NCBI GenBank assembly: GCA_023213395.1
Contig: CM041465.1
Location: forward strand, 153,271,741-153,335,740
From: Cycas panzhihuaensis
Taxonomy: Eukaryota; Plantae; Cycadophyta
Direction of reading: 5' to 3'
DNA length: 64,000 bases
This document shows positions 50,779 to 64,000 of the stretch, piece after piece (position 1 is the stretch's first letter; every line of letters begins with the position of its first letter). The position numbers were made by a program, and so were the translations under genes. The notes beneath the pieces were generated by a model, which was not told the DNA's origin, did not search any database, and worked only from the letters and a program-made list of their open reading frames with translations.

Positions 50779-52383
50779 TAGTAATAATGTTAATACATAA
50801 CTTGAAAGATAAATGTAACTCAAGTATAACATGAATGAATCTCTCTCATATAATGAAGCTCAATGTAAAATGGGTTCTCTAGAGTAAAAAAATAAGACCT
50901 TAGTACATGTTTTTCCACCCATTTAGGGTATATCATATCAACAAATATCATGAAGCCTTTAGAAATATGTGTATGTGCCTAAAGAAGCTAAAAAAATGAA
51001 GAAAAATAAAAGCTTGAAAGAAACATTTAAATTTAAGATAAAATTTATATATCATAATAACTCCAAACAATATCAAGTAATATGCCAAATAAAAGACCTC
51101 TCTGTTACAAATCCAATGCAACTGACAAGACTAAAAATGAAGCTACTTAACTCAAGTTATAGCAAAAAATATGATAAAGATTACATAAGGGCTAAAAAAT
51201 AAGGGCTTAGCCCGTTTCACTGCTAACTAAGGTCACATAAATGCTCCATGCGACTAGAAGTTGATGACCAAGTAGGTTGGGCTAGCCTAAAATAATATTA
51301 AATTTGATTAAATTTTATTTTTTCAACAAAAAAAAAAATTAAGCCCATTTTGTAAAAATTTGTGTCCACCAAAGTTAATAATAATATATGCCCCAAAAAA
51401 ATAATGATAAAAATAAAAATTAATCTTAATTTTTTGGGTTTCACTATTGTGATGTAGGATTGCTATTATTCATTTATCTATTAAATATTTTACAGCTACC
51501 ATGGATTCATTCTGGTCATCTATGCTCTCTATGATCTCAAACTTGGGATGCATGGATTTAAATCTAGCATAGGCCTCTTCCAACTTCAGAATGACATCCT
51601 CCTAATTGAAGATTATGCTACACCCTGTGTGGTGGCCTTTAAGAAGTCTCTCTGTGCATTGAGATGGGCTAGAGACTTAGAACAATGCAGAGTTGAGGCA
51701 TCCTCTACAAGAAGGATCTGCGATTAAGAGATTCGTCCTTAGATGCCATGGATGAGATGTCAGTGAATGATATAATAAATAATTCACAAATAAATAAAAT
51801 ATGTACAAAGAATATTAAACAAGGATATGGAAGAATGACCAAACTTTATCTTATTCAAAAAATCATATGTATATTTATAATAAGTCTCATATCAAATGGT
51901 GAACCTTAAAAAATAACCTTTGTGTGCTTACACACATTCTAAATAGTACATACAACTATGTGTTTACAATATAAGATTCATAATAATATGAAGAGAGAGT
52001 GAAGGGCATTTGATATTATAATTTATATAATTGGATATTGCTACCTAATATTTTAGACTTAGAATCCTTTAACTTAACTCCCTTCTCTTAAATAATAGAA
52101 TTCTAAAATGATAGATGCGTTATTTTAATTATGCCAAGCTCTTAACCTATACTTAGTTACATGATTAGTCAAATTAAAAATTGGTTGTAATATTACTTTG
52201 AAATAACCCTTCTTTAGAGGTCTATAAATTAGGGGAAATATTTCACTCTAACGCTACTTTGTAATAACATCCTTGACTAGTTGAGCTTTAAATCTAACAG
52301 ACAATAAAACCATAGGTTTGATTAACAATATATTGTGCTAACAATATAGAAGAAATACAAATATGTATGCATTTTATATGTAG

Positions 52384-53909
52384 TTAGTATATAATTGACA
52401 ACCTTTTATAATATAATCATAGATATCTAATATAATATCATCATTAATGCATGTGATAAATAATTACTTCATAGTGTTATATAAGAATCAATATAGAATT
52501 AAAATAGAAGATCCTATCTTTTATAAGAAAAACTAGGCTGTTAAGAAGGGATTTATACCTAGTCAATTATAAACTTCCTTGAGAATTTGTCCATGTGTTG
52601 AGGCATGTTATATGAATGCAAGAGTACTAATTATTAGGCTTTAGACTCTCACCACGAGGTTATAAACATACAAGTAAATAATTTTTCAAGCATCATATAA
52701 ATGACTCATAAATGCGATGACCTTATGATTTAGACATCATCACTAAAAAAATATATTTACTCATCTGTATATACTAAAAAAATTAAGGGAATCTTACTAT
52801 GGTAATATATTAGAATCTAACCAAGAAAATACATTATGCATTAAATCTTACTATGTTTACAAGATACTTGAATTGAATTCCTTATGTATCTTATTATGTC
52901 TAACTCATATAATTTTAACGTACAAAAATACTATGGCAACATTGCAAAGAAAATCCTTCTACCTTATCCATTATAGTGTTCTTATATGTAGAAAAAATAC
53001 AAGCTTAACAAGAAAGTTATTCATACCCACATAGACATACAAACATAATTTTAGTCTATTAAAATTTAAATATGCAATACATACAAAGGATATGCTGGCG
53101 AGTTAAAGATAAAACAATGAAGCTCAAGCACAATGAAGTATGTACAAATGAACACAAGATATGGAGAAATTGTCAAAACTCAAATTAGAATGAATGATAA
53201 TGTGCATACTTATAGTACAAGCTCGCCATTAATGATAGAACCTCATTGGTCAATTTAGAGGTAGCACACATCTCTATGTGGCTCACAACCTCAAATATAA
53301 AATACACATAATATAAAGAGAGTGTACATGAGGGTAATTATGTAATTAGATATTACACCTAACATTTCCCCCCTATAATAGTCAATTACATAATGAAATA
53401 TTACATCAAATGATAAGTGTCAAGTCTTCAAATGAATGTTAGATTATATGCTACTACAATAATATAATCAACTACTAATGTTCATATGAAGTAAAGTCCA
53501 TCTACTAGAATGCATATGTAACTAGCCACTGCAACTGCCATTGAGTAGAAACTTCCTTTATATACATGGTTCAATCAACACTAGAAAGAGTAGCTGTAAA
53601 GGTGTCCCACCTCTTGCTTATATGGGAAATGCAAGCAATCTTCAAATGAAAAGTGCTAAGTCTTTAAATACGTTGAATCATAATTTGTTGCAATAATATA
53701 ATAAGTTATTGATGTTCATATGAACAAAATACCATCCACTAGAATACATGGGTCGTTAGTCACTATAACTGCCAGTTGAATAGGATGTTCCTTTATGTAC
53801 ATGGTTTTATTAGTGCTAGTAAAAGTAGTCGTAAAGGGGTCCCACCTCTTGTTTATATGGGAGATGCAAGTAGTCTTCAAATGGTTCTATGACCTCAAAT
53901 TGCCTCATG
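52384..53909. repeat. ~1.5 kb direct repeat, copy 2
   Basis: Colinear match to 49189-50704. Confidence 0.9.
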
Positions 53910-55059
53910 GACTCTATATCACCTAATACTGACACATCCTTTTAGGAATTAACCTAATAAAAATTATTCCAACATGGTATCCTTAGATACCTCTTTACTT
54001 TCTATTTTTATAATATATAAAATATAAATGATACAATGTCTTTGTATAGGTGAGCATCCTTATCCTCTTTTTATTATAATTCACATATGATATGTATGTG
54101 AAATTATCTCATATTATTACACATCATCTTTGACTTTGACTTCTCTCATGTCATGACACATCATCTTCCTTGTTCTTCTTTGACTGCTTTATTTGACTTC
54201 TTTATCTTTGTCTTTAAGACCAACATCTATATATTACCATTTTTAATAAGGATTAAGATCAAAATAGCCAAAAGAAGAAGAGATAATAAATAATATTAAT
54301 TAAAAAATAAAAGATGAAATAAATGAGTTCAACTGAAAATTAGAAATATAAATAGGGTTAAAACCAAAAAAGATGATAGGACAAATCCCACACCAATTAA
54401 AATCCCTAAGGTAATTAGAAATCTCAACCTAGCCTATAGGAAATAACATGGGATAATATAAAATGAAATTACACTCAATATCCCTAACTAGGATTTCCAA
54501 GTTAGGAATTGCTTTTATAGATATCATTATTACATTTGAAATAAGACATTTATATGGAAATGATACATATTTTATATTTTTCAAAGGATTCCCTAAGAAA
54601 GGGTAAAAATTATATAAGTTTGATAATGTATTATACATATATCCCAAAAAATGACACTTCTTTAGATTTTTGAATTTTAAAGAAAAATAGTATGTACCAT
54701 AATTTTTAAAAAGACATATTTCTAACAAAAATAGAAGGATGAATGGTTTAAAAAAGTTCACATGTTGATAAAATTATAATACAATCATAAATTTTTAAAG
54801 TTACTTAAAATAACATTTACAAAAATATTTAAAACTTGTACACTTGTATATTTTCATCATATGAATTTTTACAAGATAATAGAAAATCCTCTTCTTTTAT
54901 AGAGTATACATGTGCACCCTCTAGCTCATCATCAAATCCTTTATGAGCTTGTGATGTTTCAACATTAATGTATGGAATAACATTTGGAGTTCATTACATT
55001 ATGATATTCTGTGCATGCTTTCGAAGATAATCAATGGAGGTTAATATAAAATGATACAC

Positions 55060-58540
<3,481 letters not shown>

Positions 58541-58633
58541 TATGAAACAACACAGAGCAAGTTAATGTTAAGGATGACAAGAAAAAATAGGCAAGAAAAT
58601 AATAGAGAAGGAAAGCAAGAGTCAAATCTAATA

Positions 58634-59219
<586 letters not shown>

Positions 59220-59460
59220 AGTGGGGTGGGGGAGTTACTGCAAGAAAGTGCAAGGGGAAGAGGTGTGGGAGGGGGGACGGGGGGCCACCTTATAGAAGCT
59301 CCCCCACCACCACAACACCTCCCCCCCCCCCCGCTGCACCCACTATCACATCACAGGGTATGCCCTATGACATGACTAGATGGGGGAGAGTAGGGGATCC
59401 CACAAGGTGTTATCTTCCCCTATATTGTCTTACCCTTAAAAACATACCCCACTTCATGCT

Positions 59461-60006
59461 AACCATTTAAAAGGAGTAAGCAATGGTCTATCATTATCTT
59501 GCATGATGCATATGATTTATTCCTATTTAAAAAAAACATTCTCCACTATGAGATATCTACTACTTTGAAATAAATGAAGGCATATTTAATCATCTTCTTT
59601 ATTTCTTTCAGATAATTTAAATAATTAAATTCTCATTTTGGCTATTTAATATTAAATATTTCTATATTTATCACAAATGGATCTACTTTTGATGTAAATA
59701 TTCTATGGTCAGGAATATATTTTAAAAGGGTCAAACCATAATATTTGACTATCCAATTTTTTTTACCTCATAGTACTATTTTCTCATCTTTCTTAATGAG
59801 AAGTTGACATTAAAAATTAATGTCATAAATATCATAAATGCATTTATTACATATACTATTAAGAAAAAGACCATATTTATATCAATTATTTTATTTATAA
59901 TATACATCTTTGGCTTTAGATAATATACTTCACTAATGATTGGACATAATAATGTTAAACTTCATACAATATTCCTATTTAATTTTACGAAGAATCAATT
60001 AAACAT
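59461..60006 (-). pseudogene. Second, partial copy of the DUF7869/Sola-like fossil (homologous to 55508-56060)
   Basis: aaccatttaaaaggagtaa...atcaa-taaac colinear match; cut at the right by the copia LTR. Confidence 0.8.
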
Positions 60007-63000
60007 TGAAAGAGGTTAATGTATTAAGGTCATTTGTATAGATTAATTATGTGACCTTAGGATATATTATTAGCATTAGTCTCTTAATGAAATGCACTTT
60101 ATATGCATTTAGATGTAATTTCAGGTTTATATCATTAGGTAGGAAAATCCTAACTCTAATGCTCACCCTCAATCATAAGGAGGAAAAATCTTATTCTCAC
60201 CTCTAAGCTTAGCTCTCATATCTTGTTTCATCTTTTTTTCATTTTTTATTACCATTGTGTGTATGTGAGTGATTTATTCCCTAGGTCTATCATTCCTTCA
60301 TGTGATATCAAAGCTAGAAGGGGATCTATTCATTCCATTCCACTTGCATGGAGTCATTTTGCCTCTTCTTCACCTTCAATCCCAAGTATTGAGAGTGCAT
60401 TCATTATTTTTAACATTTTGAGAGCTTAAAATAATAGTAATTTGTATGTTACTACTTTCTCTATATGTGAAAAATTTCAAAGGTAAAGAATACAAGTTTT
60501 TGAAGCTGTTCAACTGCCGGAACAATCTTAGAAGCATTAAAGGCCTAAAATTTCATGAAAAATTTGATCATCTCAGATTTTGATAAAATTTGATATGCAA
60601 GGTCACACTAACTAGAGGATCATTTTTTTCTTCTAGAGTAAATTCAAATTCATCCTACAACAATGAGTTTTAACTGAGATAAAATGGTAAAATTTATACA
60701 TAAGTGACTTAAGGCACTTTTCCCAATGAAATCCTTTAATTATAAGCTAAAAATCTGAAATTTTTATTAAGGGATCTGGTAGATTTATGCCTTAGGATTA
60801 TTTTACGATAAATATTATCAACTTTCATCCATTAGTTAGTAAGATCTATGTAATTTTTGCACAGTTGCTGAATTTACCTACTCAACCATCCAAAGAACAT
60901 TATGAGGATATTTCGTATATTTTTTTGGATGATTTTGGAGATGGTGCAGAAGGAAAAGTTGTTGTACATGTTAAAACATAAATTTTAACATATTGAAGTT
61001 TAGATTCTGAGATAGTGGATCTGGCAGAATTCTGCTTTTGTGCTTTTTCAGGTAGAAATTTTTTTATACCTTTTCAGAAATTTGACTTCACTACTCTATC
61101 AGAAACAACATTATAAACACTTTTTCCTTTTGTCACAAATTCAAATTCCATCATTTAGGCCTTCATATTTGTAATTTTTAGAAAATTTAGCCATTTATCA
61201 TTATTTGTAAATTTTATTGAAAAATCATAAAATAGGGCAAAATAGCATGCTTATAGATTTAGAAAAATTTGTATTTTAGTGGTAAGTTTATCCACTTTTT
61301 TAGTCCATTTTAGATTTTATATTAAAATTTCTAAAAACATATTTGGAAACATTGTACTAAAGCAAGGGAAACCTTGGATCGAAAGCAACATCTGGTTCCG
61401 CTACTAAATCTAGCATGTTTTTTCTATTTGCACACATAGCATAAAGCATCACAAAAGTAGCAACAACAACAAAGCAAGAACAAAATGCAAGCAAACACAT
61501 TTTCCAACTTTCTATTTTAGTTTTTAGTTATTCAAAAATAACTTACATTATTCCTAAAAGAAATATCATCTGTATGATCTATACCGTCAGTTTTTGACTT
61601 ATGTGTACACTCACCTTAGTTGAAATAGACCAAAATTGGCCGAAGTCCAAGTCCTAAGGGAGGCGTGAGTTTCATATTAAGTTTGGTCTTAACCATAATA
61701 GTGGTGGGGGGATATGTTGGCCATACCTACATCATCCAATAAAGGATAATCTTGATAACCATCCAGGAAAATTGAAAACCTTAATACAAGATTAAAATCA
61801 ACCCGGTCAAGTATCTGTCATAGCTGTAGGATATGCACGTATTGTTTGACTCTTTGGAGGAGGTATATAGTTGTTCATTGGTAAACTAGGTGAGGATTGA
61901 GAGTACTTGGGCTCCATTGTGACTTGGATTTTATCACTAATCATAGGTGTGGGTATAGTGGATGAAGGTCTTGATCGTATACTAGAAGCCTTAGGCATCG
62001 AAACCTCACCTATATTTGGACATAAGTTAGAGGTTAGTGGCATGACATATCACCACTCTTTCCAACTCTACATTAGGCCTCATTCTTACATCGTTGCTTA
62101 TACTTATTTTCTAGTTGTTAAAAATTACTTAATCATTGATTACTTCTCATAATAGCATTCATTTCCACATCCCTACTACACTAGGTGTATTAGCTACATG
62201 TGTTAGTGGCACATACTTCTATCATCTCTTCTACTTCTTCATCATCACCATGTTATCTTAATTCAAGTAGAATGTTAACTGTATATTAAAAGGTAAAGAA
62301 AATTGGTATTTATGGTACACTAGAGTTAAAAATACTAGAAAGTATGAAGGCCTTTAGAGAGCCCACTTGTAACCTACACCCATCATACCAGCAACAGCTA
62401 CAACACCTGCTTATGGTGGATTTGCCCTAACATCTCCTATAGATGCTACAACCAAACTATAATAGGAGATAGATGATGAAAAGATTCATGCAAAAATTCT
62501 ATTAGTTACTGATCACTCATTGCATAACTTGATTAATAAAGAGTAATATGATAAGCCTGGAAGGTCTTTGAAGTTCTCAAGAAGAACTTTGATACTAAAT
62601 TAGATTTATAATTTGTTCATCTTATTTTAAAAATAAACAAATTAAAAATGTAGAAGGAACAAACTCATGAAACAATAAATCTCCTTCGACTAATCAAACA
62701 GGTAATTGATAAAGATTTTAAGACCTAATATATCACTTGGGCATTCTCGATATAGTCATATCTACATATCCCTGATTATAAAAACTTACTTGAAAGTCTT
62801 CAATCTAGTGGAATATTAAAGATACTCAACTTCAAAGCACTTACCGAGAAGATTATAGAATTTGACAAGACCTTTGATATGAATTTTGTAGCCTTTGGCT
62901 CTCTTTTAGATGCAGCCTTTAAGGTGGAAGCAGAGGCTTGTTACACAAAAAATCAAGGTCCCTCTTATGGCAGAGGAAATAATTGAGTAAGAGGAAGAGG

Positions 63001-64000
63001 AAAAACACAGGAAATCATCCACAAGATCATCCAAATCCTCAGTTATAGCCTTGATAGTTTCAAGGCCAAGGGCCACCTCAATAAAGAGCAAGATAGTCAG
63101 GCTAAACCAGTACCTCTTCAGGGACTGGTAATCAAACTATTGTGTATAATCGATGTAACCGTAAAGGACACTTAGTAAAAGACTATAAAATTATCACTTA
63201 TAAGTTAGTCAAGTTCCAACCAAAACATGGAGCTCACAATATTAAAGAAACTTATGAAGAATCCTTTAGTGGTGTAGGTTTTGTCCAAGCACACTTTCAA
63301 AGAATTGAGAGATTTTTAACATCAAATATCATTAACCAACTAAAGACATACTTTGAAGCTCGATGTGGATATATCACTTATGAATTCCCTTCACCAATGC
63401 CAAGCCTTATTAGAATTGCAAATAGTGTGGCTTCAATCGACAAGCAATTGATTATGGATACAAAAGTAACTCAACATATGACATGCAATCACAGTCTATA
63501 TCAGACATTTGACTCAAATGTTCAAGGAGTTGTTCACATGGCTGATAAATCACAATAACCTGTTAAAGGAATTGGTAACATTTTCCTGAAACTCCCATAC
63601 TTAAAAGATTTTATATTGCTTGATGTCTTATATATACCTAATCTTAAACAAAACTTGCTCTCCTTATCTACACTCATCTCTCATGGATTTAATCTGAGTA
63701 TAACCACAAATGATTAGACTCTTAAGATCATTCACCCTCGAACTGATCAAGTGGTCTTAACTAGACATCTCTCTGACAAACTCTTTCGACTAAATAACTC
63801 TCCATCTTTTGAATCCCATTGTGCCCAAAGCCCTTACGCCAACGAAGAATTTGTATTTAATTCAATCTTGACCCATACAACGTTGTCACTAAAAGCTCTT
63901 TGGCATACTTGCATAAGCCATGTTTATATCGATAGACTTAGAGATCTTTCTAACACTCTTCCAAATCTTCCAAATTTCTCCTCTAAGCCCTTTAAATGTG
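60007..64000 (+). mobile_element. Ty1/copia element, 5' part: LTR (60007-60300), degenerate PBS (60303-60314), long leader, gag, protease, gag-pre-integrase; same family as 1-3298
   Basis: TGAAAG...CCTTCA then tgatatcaaagc; CxxCxxxxH-like YNRCNRKGHLVKDY; MDTKVTQHMTC...VVHMADKSQ nearly matches the ORF at 10-381; LWH at ~63898. Confidence 0.88.

Overview
AT-rich, repeat-dominated eukaryotic nuclear DNA, most likely from a large land-plant genome (plant-type Met-tRNA primer-binding sites, Tat/Reina/CRM/Tork-like retroelements, plant-type tRNA-Thr sequences). No intact host protein-coding gene is visible. Most of the window is nested, decayed LTR retrotransposons: several Ty1/copia elements (one full-length with both LTRs and a near-perfect TSD at 36159-41169), Ty3/gypsy chromoviruses, two Tat-like pol copies and a TRIM-like mini element. 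The only clearly functional genes are two convergent tRNA-Thr isoacceptors (AGT, TGT) in a CpG-rich island at about 47.8-48.9 kb. Less obvious content: (i) a fossil DUF7869/Sola-like transposase gene on the minus strand (about 55-58.5 kb) split by a ~930 bp (TA)n tract and partly duplicated; (ii) a Tat element carrying an apparently spliced antisense plant-mobile-domain (PMD) gene and a detached, divergently oriented archaeal-type RNase H; (iii) several internal deletions or fusions in retroelements. All family assignments come from motif recognition by eye, not from database searches.
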